DNA of 64,000 nt from Paraphysomonas bandaiensis (Eukaryota; Protista; Chrysophyceae): NCBI GenBank assembly GCA_965644295.1, contig CBFFRP010000527.1, positions 22,321 to 86,320 on the forward strand, written 5' to 3'. The notes under the pieces were generated by a model that saw nothing but the letters and a program-made list of their open reading frames with translations, did not search any database and was not told where the DNA came from. A program made the translations under genes and the position numbers. Of the stretch, positions 11,850 to 23,013 are shown one piece after another. The stretch's first letter is position 1. Each line of letters begins with the position of its first letter.

Positions 11850-12961
11850 TAAAGCTACGGAAGCTGCTTGTGCGTTGCCGCAAGCACCAAGGTGCGACGC
11901 CTTCCGTTCTTGTATGTAATGGAGAACACCGATCAATATAGTGGCCCTATTATAATCCTATTCGTACAAAACATAACGCTGGTAGTGAATGTCTAATTAT
12001 TAGCAATAGACTACAACCTGCGACAATTGACAATTAATTGATACGTAGCCCTGTAACCTGCAATAGGCGTATAAGAGTCAGAACTAATTTAGCAAAACAT
12101 TTTAACTAACTAGTGCTTAACTCTCTGATATTGAAAGTCTTATTATTAGCAATAGGTGTTAAAAACCTACACCAAATTAGTAGCTAGATGAATGCTAGAC
12201 AAACTAGTTAGACCTCTACCTGTAACTAATCAGTACACACTTTTTTTATCCTACTATTTAACGCTACGGAAGCTGCTTTTGCATCGCCGCAAGCACCAAG
12301 GTGCGACCACTTCCGCTCTGAGTTCTTAAGGTGAACATCCCTGATGCTTGACTTCAGCAGGCAGCCCAATACCCCGGATGCCCTTGAAGTGGGCCCATTC
12401 CCGGATGCCTGTTTATTCGTCAGGGCCCAAAGACGTCTACACAAGTGACACTTATTGGTGTCCCTTGTCCCTTGTACCACACAAGCATTCGGCTATGAGT
12501 GGGCAGAAGAATATCTGCTGACAATGTTTGCGGCTCACGTTAGTTTCCCAGGGAGAATCTCTCCCCCAGAACACTACGAAAAGGTGCGAGTCCGACTTTG
12601 TTGAGGGGCTTAACTCTCTGATATTCTATTACTTAGCGCTATGAAAGCGTGCGTTACCGCAAGCACCATGTGTAACCACTTTCGCTTTTTGTCCATAGGG
12701 GGAACTAGCCCGGAAACTTGATATCAGTAGGCATCCCAAATCCCAATACCCCGGATGTCTTTAGAGGACTAGGTGTCATTGATTCGAATCACCGCTTTCA
12801 GCATTAGATGTGGTATACATTAGATTTTATGCTCTCAACAACGTCATGAGGATAAGCTACAATTTAACCTAGAATCAATTTTTAACATATAATGGGTATC
12901 TTTACCTTTTCAAAATTTTAAACTCGGGATTCTTCACCTCGTTTTGAAACTTTGTTGAGGG
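11850..12961 (+). mobile_element. Nest of fragments of a dispersed non-autonomous repeat family (terminus ACTTTGTTGAGGG)
   Basis: Core GCTACGGAAGCTGCTTGTGCGTTGCCGCAAGCACCAAGGTGCGAC at 11854, 12263 and 12638. 12320-12607 matches 36195-36517. The terminal 13-mer is at 12595-12607 and 12949-12961. Confidence 0.7.
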
Positions 12962-14509
12962 CGGGACGATATAAAGCCTCCTCATAACCCGTGGTTAAAT
13001 ATTAAAATAAGACAGTCATTTGTACATGATTTAATAATATTACACAATTATAGAAAATTCACGATGATGACTAAACTCTCAAAACCGGATCATCAAGCAC
13101 TCCAAGTTATCTTCCACCGTTCGTCTGATGCAGTTCATAATGATCTACATATCCTAGACCTCGAAACAATACTTCAAGAATATTATTACTGGAGAGTTCT
13201 AATAGTTACTTTTAGCTTGCTTGCTGTAAAAGGAAATATAGGCACTCCCTCTGATTAACATTTTTTTGAGTGAAAAGTGAAAAGTGAAAAGTCAATGGGA
13301 TCTAGATATAGTATAAGTTTCGGGAATGACAATTGTACTACATTAACTCAAATCAATTATAAATTTCAATTATGGCTACAACAAATGTACCGCTACCACA
13401 AAAGGGTGCTGAGGGAATAGAAAACACTGAGGTCTTGAAATGTGATGATGAGTCGCGCGAGGTGTATCATCACGCTTAACCCTTACCAGTCTGCTAGTGA
13501 CCCTGACTCGAATGCTATGTGTAGTGTGTATATGATATGATGACGCACACAATCCTGATAAGCACGACTTGACCGTAAACCTGAAAGGACTGAGTGACAT
13601 TGCTCTAAATCACCTTCAGCATCAGATGTGGCATTTGAACTCTCCAGTAGTATTCTTGACGTTGTTGCGAAGCCCAGACTATGAAGATAGATTGCTTTAA
13701 CATCATTATTCCTATTGCTTCAGACGAAGGATAGAATATATAACTTGGAGTGTTTGTTATTTGACTCATCATTGTGGTTTCCTTATATTAAAAAAGAACA
13801 TAATTAGAATTAATAAGCTTAATTAATTAAACGCAATACACACTCAATGCTTAAGTTATAAATGAGTAAAATTATGATCAATATCAGATATCAGGTATCA
13901 TTCATTGTCCATCTTGCCAAATTCATGTTATCTCAACTACTAATCTTTTTCACATAGCCGTAGGTATAACATAATCTTATACGGTTCATATATTTTATTT
14001 TTTCTACTATATGATTTCTATCTTTTGACATTAGTTCTGATAATGCAGTTAACCACTTTGTATTCTTCCTTCCATTAACAGTCATCAGTCATAATTCAAA
14101 TTTCAAATACCTTTGAGCTACTCAACACTTTACAATTGATTAATATAACGAACAGCTTAAAATTGGATACAATGATGAAATCACATACAAATGACTGTGA
14201 ATACAATAATTAAGATAGAAGAGAGTTTCTGTTCAACACCAAATACTGAAGTTGAATGTCTATATTTCCCGGGGCTGCGTAACAATTCTGATATTTACCC
14301 GATATGCTCATATAAGCGTTCTGTAAACCCAATTCAGGTTAAAGAACACGTGTTTAGACAAAATGAGGATAGTAAGATACAGTTAGTGTGGGTACATACA
14401 TAGAAAACAATCACAAAAACGATATGAACATGTAGGAAACCATTACTGTTAGTATTAGACTTCACTCGTCAATAACCACTACGACACTAGGAACTACATA
14501 CGCATCTTA

Positions 14510-16323
14510 CTACTGCTGGCTGTTATTAAAAGATATCAGTTTCACATATTTATCTCCGCCCCTAATATGTCTGCTGCTATCATCCTCAGAGGCATACGTA
14601 GGGGCTACAGCGATGATATCGTGCTTAGGGTTCCAGTCCATTGATGCTAGAGCATAGCGGCAGTCTATAGTGGTTTCAACAGCACCGTCTCGCGATGAGC
14701 ACTACACACAACGTATTAGAACATCACAAGTCATTAATTGCAGCAATAAATACACACGTAGAATAGTTTATTATATAACATATACTGATGCAACATGAGA
14801 TTCAATTCTACGTCACAGTGAAGCATATGTCCACTTACAATAGACACTGTGCTGTTCTCAGCTGCAGCAGCGAACCTCTCGCCGTTTCCACTGAACGACA
14901 GAAACCGCAGTGCACTCCTGTGTGTAGTACAGTTATATTTTCATACAAAAAAAGAACATTTGTGGAGTGATTCCCAGAAAACCACTGCATGGTACACTTA
15001 CTCGAATGTTTGTACAGTCGCTGTACAGATCATCTCATCAAGATCCCATACAGAGACGAGATAATCGGCTGAACCCACAATCATTCTCGTGTGACTAGGG
15101 TCTATGTCGAGACAATAACAATTGGAAGTGTGTGCAACCACCGTCTCCGGCTATTGAGTGAGAATATTAGAATACAACATAGTCAAAAGAAAATAAAGTA
15201 GAGCAATATAATATTCCCAAGCATAGAAATTTACTTCACAAACTGCAACTATGAGCAACTAGCCTGTTGAATCTCTGTCCCGTCAAACGCCAGAATTTCG
15301 ACGCAGCCAATATCAGTACGCCCGGATGACAACATGATATGGTCAGAATTATGTGTCCATGCCATTTCATTAATCTGTCACACAACATACTCCACAATTA
15401 ATTCATTCATTGCAGGTGAGAAAAAGGTGCCCCAATTCATTGTGAAATAAATAAACTTATACATCAGTATACCTCATATGAAAATTTCGTTTTCTTCACT
15501 TGCCTAGACGCCCTTACATCAAGTATGGCCAAATAATCTGACTGCAGAGGGCACAATGTAAGTAAGCAGTCGCATGAGCACAACTATTGATATCGGGTAA
15601 AGCAAAGTATTATATGAGTATTGCCGCATACTATAACGGCACAATAACTTCATATCACAGAGCTCAGGCACTGTGAAAATATTCGTTCACCTTGTTTCCG
15701 GTACATACATAGGAACCATTTGGGCTCCAAGCGATGTTAATATTATTCCCAGTGGAATTTATCTTCGAAACAGCTCGGTTGGCTGTTTAACGTGAACGTT
15801 ACATAAAAATAATGTAAGAGTTGTAGTGAAGGTAGGTAATATAGTAGTATCCATAATACGCACTGTCTCTCCACAGAATCCACATTACAGCAATATACTG
15901 ACAGGGCATACCTCTAACGTCCCACAGGTCCACAGTTTTCTCATCACCAGTAAGTGCCATGATATTATCATCACAAGGATTCCAACAGACCATAGTATAA
16001 GCTCCACCTCGGGGTATGGTTTGTAGGACTCTCATCTATAGTGTGTATTATAATATACATGTATGTATATATATATATGTATCATAACAGTTACATTAAC
16101 ACTATTGATGATGTCATATTCATACATTGCCATTTCCATCCATTTGTGCAACTTTAGTAACTTTATCTAATGACGAAGAGGCCAGACACTCCCCGCTCGA
16201 GTTCCACTTCACCTGTATGTGTATATGATCTCAGTAGATATGAATGATATGGAGACTTACGTGGGATAATCCTTTTATGTGAGGTGTGCCATCTTTGATT
16301 ATGGCTTGACCAAGCTTTTCCAT
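14510..16323 (-). CDS. THOC3: THO complex subunit 3 (TEX1), WD40 repeat protein, multi-exon
   Basis: Exons translated by hand: VKWNSSGECLASSSLDK; VCWNP..DEKTVDLWDVR; NINIAWSPNG; KFSYE/INEMAW; AHTSNCYCLDIDP..GSADYLVSVWDL; LRFLSFSGNG; MDWNPKHDIIA..YVKLISF. GT-AG introns plus one probable GC-AG intron. Confidence 0.85.
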
Positions 16324-16409
16324 GGTCAGATAGATACTACTTTAAGAAGGTTATAATAAGATGAGGCACTATATATATATATATAAGCTATAAGCTATAA
16401 GCTATATGG

Positions 16410-16680
16410 ACATACATGCATACATACATACATACATACATACATACATACATACATACATACATACATACATACATACATACATACATACATACATACA
16501 TACATACATACATACATACATACATACATACATACATACATACATACATACATACATACATACATACATACATACATACATACATACATACATACATACA
16601 TACATACATACATACATACATACATACATACATACATACATACATACATACATACATACATACATACATACATACATACA
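16410..16680. repeat. (TACA)n microsatellite, about 67 units
   Basis: Near-perfect tetranucleotide run; it produces the spurious MYVC/HTYI ORFs. Confidence 0.99.
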
Positions 16681-16966
16681 ATGTATTCTTATTCGACTTT
16701 TGAATTCGAATGGTATAGCTATCTATACACTCCAAAATGAAGTGTGAATGAAGTCATAAATGAACCAATTACATCTTCACATATCGTGGTGAAGTTTGAC
16801 TTCTTTTCTCAATATCTATGATTCATTACTACCTTATATATTATCTATTGATCATATGATTAATCATATCTAGACATAACTCTCACATATCACTCTCATT
16901 GTGTTCTATCAATCATATTAATTACAATCAAACTTAATATTTTCATTTTATTATAAAATAAATTTC

Positions 16967-19900
16967 ATGAAGTTTGAATTTCAAGTTCAAACTGTATTAA
17001 TTAAATCTAAAAAGAAACCATTATCAAAGTTATGTATATCAATTAAAGATAAATTCTTTATTATTGATGGTATTGAAGAACAATATAGATGTAGTCGTTT
17101 ACATTTTTCAACACAAGGAAATGGATATCAATTATCATCTGATGGTTTAAGGATTATATTTGCATCTGATTCAGTTACTAAAGCTACTGTACAAGAGATG
17201 CGTGATGTGATTGAGACACTTACAAAGAAACCTGAAAAGAAATCAAAAAAATCAAGATCATCATTGGATCCTTTCAATAGTTTTGTAGGAGAAAAAGGAT
17301 TTCGTCGATCTAGTCAGGTTGTTGTTCCACCACGACGTTCGTTTGAACAATCCTACGTGGCTCCAGCGTCCTCATATCAAGCCAAAGAAGTCGCCGTCAG
17401 TGGAAAAAGTAAACCCGAGAACGAAGGTCTAGGTGCAGAGAGGAATGCCAGTGGACATTCGAGTAAACTCGTATCTTCAGAGGAACAAATAGCTCGGGAA
17501 TCTGATAAGCCTCCTAAAACTTTATCTACACTTCCTGTCCCGAAAGGCAAGACAGTAGTAAAATCCCCCTCCCGTGGAAATTTTATGCCGCAAGTAGTAA
17601 GTCCCCCATCGAAAGTGAGTCTTCACACGATATGAAGTAAAAACACTGCAGTCACTTTGTCTTGTTTTGTACCACCATTACTTGTACTGATCACCGCCAT
17701 CATATGCGTGCCTACGTTCTTAATACGGTCCGTGTTGTAGGGATTGAGCTTGCGCAAGTATTTTCAGAATGCAGCGACACGTACTCCCCCTGCCACTATG
17801 CCACCAGAAATTTCCCCAGATCGTGTACGCACCGGGCCTATCTCTAGTAAGCTGGGCGCTTCATACAGTGGTATCGACAATATTACTCCGACAAAGAGGC
17901 GAAGGGTTGAGGCGGATGAAGAAATCTGTGGCAGTGCTACAAGTAATGGAAGTGAAGATGATGCGCGCAAAGCTTCTCGGCTTAGCAGCACAAATAACTC
18001 TACAGTTTGCAACATAGTGAGTGACGTAAAATCTACAGTGAGAACTACGTACATTAACCCCAGTTTGCGGAGAGATTCTTTGGGACGTTTGGTCGAGAAT
18101 GATGTTTTGGATAGTATCATGATTGGTGAAAGCAAGCAAAAGGACAACGTGATGGGTTCTAGGGTCAATGGTATCAAAAATATGGGGAACACATGTTTCA
18201 TGGGGGCTACAGTGCAGGTTATAAGTGTATATATATGCATATTATTGTGTATCTGAGTTTGTTGACAGGCATTGTGCGCATTAGATGGCTTTGTTTCGGA
18301 CTTCTTGTCACCATTCTGGAAGAGTGTGTTGTGTCACCGAGTCAACGAGAGGGAATTATCAGAAAATATGATATGCGTATCTGCATTGATCACACTTTTC
18401 AGGTAAGGTTGAAGCGGCGACTTGTCGTATATAAGGAGTAGAGCGAGATAGAGTGCTAGATGTAAACGTTCTGTGTCATTCGGATATTTATTTTGTGAAA
18501 GTGTTGTTATTCCTTACTTATTCTGGCTTTGAGTTGATATGGCAATGTAGACGAAGTAGATCTTCAGAGCGTTGTAATATGAGTGTTTACGACCTAAAAG
18601 ACGCAATAACGAGATGTACTGGCAAATACCGTGGGTTTAGGTACACACTATATATATTCATATTATATGTCTTTGTGTAATTTACGTTCGTGCCAGTCAA
18701 CACGACGCGCATGAATTTTTGAGCGATATTCTTACCTCCCTTGAGGAGCAAGCGATCCATTCACTGCGGAAACTCTTCCATGGGTCGTCATTTTACTCCT
18801 TGTTAGTAAGTGATTCTGTTCCCAATGAGGTTGACAATGATTCGAGTGCACTGGACACGGTATGCACTCCTGTTGACGGCAGTTCCGTATCTTTTTCTGC
18901 TTCAGGATCGACTTGTACTTCGACACCGTGCACTGCGAAGCCATTGGAACACATGACACTAAGTGTTCCTAAGGCCAAGCATATATCGTCTTCTAACTGC
19001 GAAGCGGATAAAAAACTAAAATACGATGTTCCACCACTGATAATGCAGCTAGTGCCAACGGTCAAGAGATTTCTCAGCATCGTAGAAATGACTCTCAAAT
19101 GTACAAGTTGCGGACAAACTAGAACCAAGAAGGTGAGATTTATGGAGTACGATTGAGTTATATTATATATGACGTGGAAATCAATGGTCTTAGCTTCTGT
19201 GATATGATGATCGCCACTTTGTTGCCTGTTTCTTCATTAACACCGATTCGTTGTCAGGAACACTACCATGATTTCTCTCTCCTACTTTCCACCTCGTCTG
19301 CAATGTCGCCATCGAACGCAATTCGAACTAGTTCTCGAATAGCATCCCAGAACTCTGAGATGTCATCTGTGCGTCTAGAAGAGCTAATTGAGTCGTTTTT
19401 TGCGAATGATACAAGAGATCTTGCCTGTGACTTTTGTAAAAACAAATCTGCCAAAGTGGAGGTATTGACAACATGTTATATATTCCGAAATCTCATGATG
19501 CGAATGGTTGCTTAGGTGTCAAATGCGATCGATAAACTCGCGGATGTGGTGGTATTACAGCTCAAACGATTCGAATATGACCCCAGGTATGAATTTCATT
19601 ACTTCGTTTCTGTTTTTACGTACTTGTGTGGATCAATGAAACAAGATTAAGTGTAGTAATGATAAGTACTGTACATTGCATAGAATGTAGTTTTCAACTT
19701 GTTCAATGATACATGCAGTATGACTGAATACTTTGCTGGTTGTTATAAGTTCTCATACATTGTATGATTATCAGACTATGTGATTTCCACAAGATTCAGC
19801 GGCGCGTTAGATTTCCTGCAGTTGTGGACATGTATCCTTATTGTGGCGAAAATAGTAGTGAACTCACTCCGAGTATAAATACGGCAGCAAGTGGACTAGA

Positions 19901-21071
19901 TGCACGAAATATTTTGGGTGAGGCTTTCACTACGGCATTTCCTGAATTGCCAGTAAAAAGTGACATGAATCCAGCTCGATGTAGTGAAATGAAAGCGTCA
20001 TATGCGACGCCTGTGCATACGAATGGTCCTGGTGGTTTGTATGGCGGAGCACAGGGTGACAGTGAAATAATCAATCTGGCAAACGATGGTGGGACTGTAT
20101 CTCCCGATCCAATGTCATCCAATTTGGTTGATACGTCATCGAATGAGGTGCACCGAAAAAATTCTGTGGAAACACATTCAAGGTGTGTACTGAGCACCTC
20201 CTGGACCAACGACGAAACTGAAGAGGAATGGTCTGGTAAAGCTTCATCGAAAGGATGTGCCAAACGACGTGTTCTGAGTGGCGTACAGAGCGCGGATGAC
20301 GATGACACAAATAGAGCTGAATGCGATGACGCTGAGAAGACGCCTCCGAAATTGGAATCGGGAATTTATGGAATAGACCCTGAGTCGTTCGACAGCAAAT
20401 GTGGGTTGTGGGTGTGCTCGCAGTGTACTTATGAGAACATATCCTCGCATTTAGCTTGTAGTGCCTGCAATACACTTCGCAATGATGATGAAGCAACCAC
20501 TATAGTTCCAGAATCGTCTGACGCGTGCAATAAATCATTGCGGAAGCAACAAATGGCAAACTCCAAGCTGCCCTATGAGTTAGTAGCTGTTGTTCGGCAC
20601 ATGGGTAGGACCGCTGCTGCTGGGCACTACACGTGCGATGTACTGAGATCTGACCCTACGGACCCCGGGCACGAGAGAATGTGGTACCGCTGTGATGATT
20701 CCAGAGTATACCCCACGTCTGAGGTGAGTGTGTAAAACGAGAATATTTCTACCACTTATATAGCTAGGCGACTATTAATCTTATAAAACGTGTCTGTATA
20801 GCATTCGTATGCCGGCGAATTGTTTTATAGACATACATGTTGCATAGAAAGTTATCTTTATATTGAAGTACAATGCTTAGTTCATATGTATCGATACTGT
20901 ATCAGGTTTCACTCTGTGATTATTTCTGTAGCGCTGTCATAGCTCCGTGTATATGTCATTGTAAATGTATTTTGCTGACAGTTACTGTTATAGGATGCGG
21001 TATTGTCAGACCAGTCCTCGCCGTATTTGCTTTTCTACCAGCGAGTGAAGGGACAAGTGGCCGTTATGTAG
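16967..21071 (+). CDS. Ubiquitin-specific protease (peptidase C19) with an inserted RanBP2-type zinc finger, multi-exon
   Basis: Cys box GIKNMGNTCF, QHDAHEFL, finger CTSCG..CDFC, LQLKRF, WVCSQCTYEN..CSACNT, His box VVRHMG..AGHY..WYRCDD, last exon PYLLFYQR with stop at 21071. Confidence 0.88.
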
Positions 21072-23013
21072 CACTTCATTTAATTTGTAAATTTTGATGT
21101 CAATGAAGTATTCTTGTTTGTGAGAGTGTATGCTTTGTATATATGATAGCTGACCAGTCGTTTGCCTATGAATTAATAAACTTGCCATGCTCCAGTTGGC
21201 AATGATGCGAATACTTTTAAAGTGAAACAATACATACCCAATATCTTGGCCAATCTACAGTATTCGTATGTTCCGATTGCTTCATCAACGAAGTATTTAT
21301 ATGCTGCCTTTGTTACCTAGTTTGATTATATCTGCTCAATAAACTTCCTCTGGATAACGAAAGAAACTAAACTCACGATGTAATAATAATTTTAAAGTAT
21401 ATGGTGTGAACTTGAAATTACTTTTGTAGAAGTCGTATTCATAAGTATTCACTATCTTCTCAGTGTCGGTCTAATTATATCCATGAAGTTTGATCGCTCT
21501 TAGATTACGTAAATAGTATTCACTACGAGTTCCTGTACAGGGACATTAACTGATAATATCGAAGGTGGTATGTCAGCTTATTAATTATTAGTACCTGAAT
21601 AAATTATTAATTATTGTAATTGTGAACAGTGAACAGTACTTCAATTAGTGGTTGAGCTATTGTAAACAGCATTACTCATTTAGCTGCCTAAGTATAGAGT
21701 TCTAAATGTAGAATATATAATATATTTAATTGAGGTTCATACGTTGTACAATGTTCAATGTAAACTAATCTTATCCACTATTACACAAATAGAGTTTTAT
21801 ATTTGTAGCAAGTCCAAAGCTAATACAAATATTGATGATAAATATGTTATTGTCGTTATGTGAACGTAATAGACTGTTAGCATTAGGAAAATGAAGCTGT
21901 AAACGAGACTTCTTCTCTCAGAGTCTGATATAATAGATCCTGAAAATACATAAATAAGATATCCCTCAATGTGTCTAAGTATTTCTTATTTATGTTACGG
22001 CTATAATCACTCTATCCTCATAACTGCTTCTATCGTCATTGTCACCTCGAGTGATATCACGGTGTACATATATACATATACTGTACTCTCTCTCCTTAAC
22101 TGTATTGTTGTTGCTAATCATATGAATGAAATGATCTTACATTACAATAAACAACAGTGACAGCAACTGACAGTGACTGACAGTAACAGTAGCAACAGTA
22201 TCTTTCTTCATATAGTTTCAGTATAGACTCATATCATAACACACTGAGCTAACTGACTCATATATATATATATATATATACGTATAATCAGTCTGATATT
22301 CGGATCTTTTAATTTGACATACTCATGAAGTTACTCAGGAATTTTCTTGGTAAATTCTGTGAGGATTCTGTATTTATATCGGATGGATGTTGTGTTTATC
22401 GGCTGTGGATTTGATGATATTACCATGCTATGAAGATGATGAGTTGGTGAATAACATTTTCTTTAAAGTTAATTATAGAATATGACTGTGAAAGTGATTA
22501 ATGAGGTCGGTTTGGGTCGATATGAGCGACATGCTGTTTAATAGAAACCGGCCGGCAGGCAGTGAGAATAGAATCCATCTCCAGAAATGAGGAGTATGTT
22601 GGAGATTATGGACCAAAATTATGAGTTTTACACTTCTTTTGATACGAAAACACAAAAATTGATGTTTTCTTTCTATATATTGCTGTTTTTTTGGCAATGG
22701 ACATTTATGGTAGTATACTATACATACTCTGTATTATGAGTAGAATTTTTGATAGCAGGAGCAGTACGATAGTAGTCCACATCAAGCTGCTGTGTGTGTA
22801 TATATCCATATGTTCATAGAAGATATACGTATGCTAACCATATAGATATACATATACAGCGTACTCCTATAGAACTATGTATATTCAAGTGCAACTTCTA
22901 CTTGATTCCAAAAATAGCGTATGTTTTATCACCATAACTCGACTGCTTCTGAAGGTACTCAGCACTGTACGCACTCTGCACTGCTTCATATAAGTGTGGT
23001 ATCTATATAGAAT

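Noticed and set aside
12390-12430. Hammerhead ribozyme (CTGACGA on the minus strand), which would suggest a Penelope-like element
   Set aside because: No stem II or GAAA follows, and the motif is CTGACAA in another copy.
16388-16747. MYVC/HTYI repeat ORFs (also 28811-29326)
   Set aside because: They are translations of tetranucleotide microsatellites.
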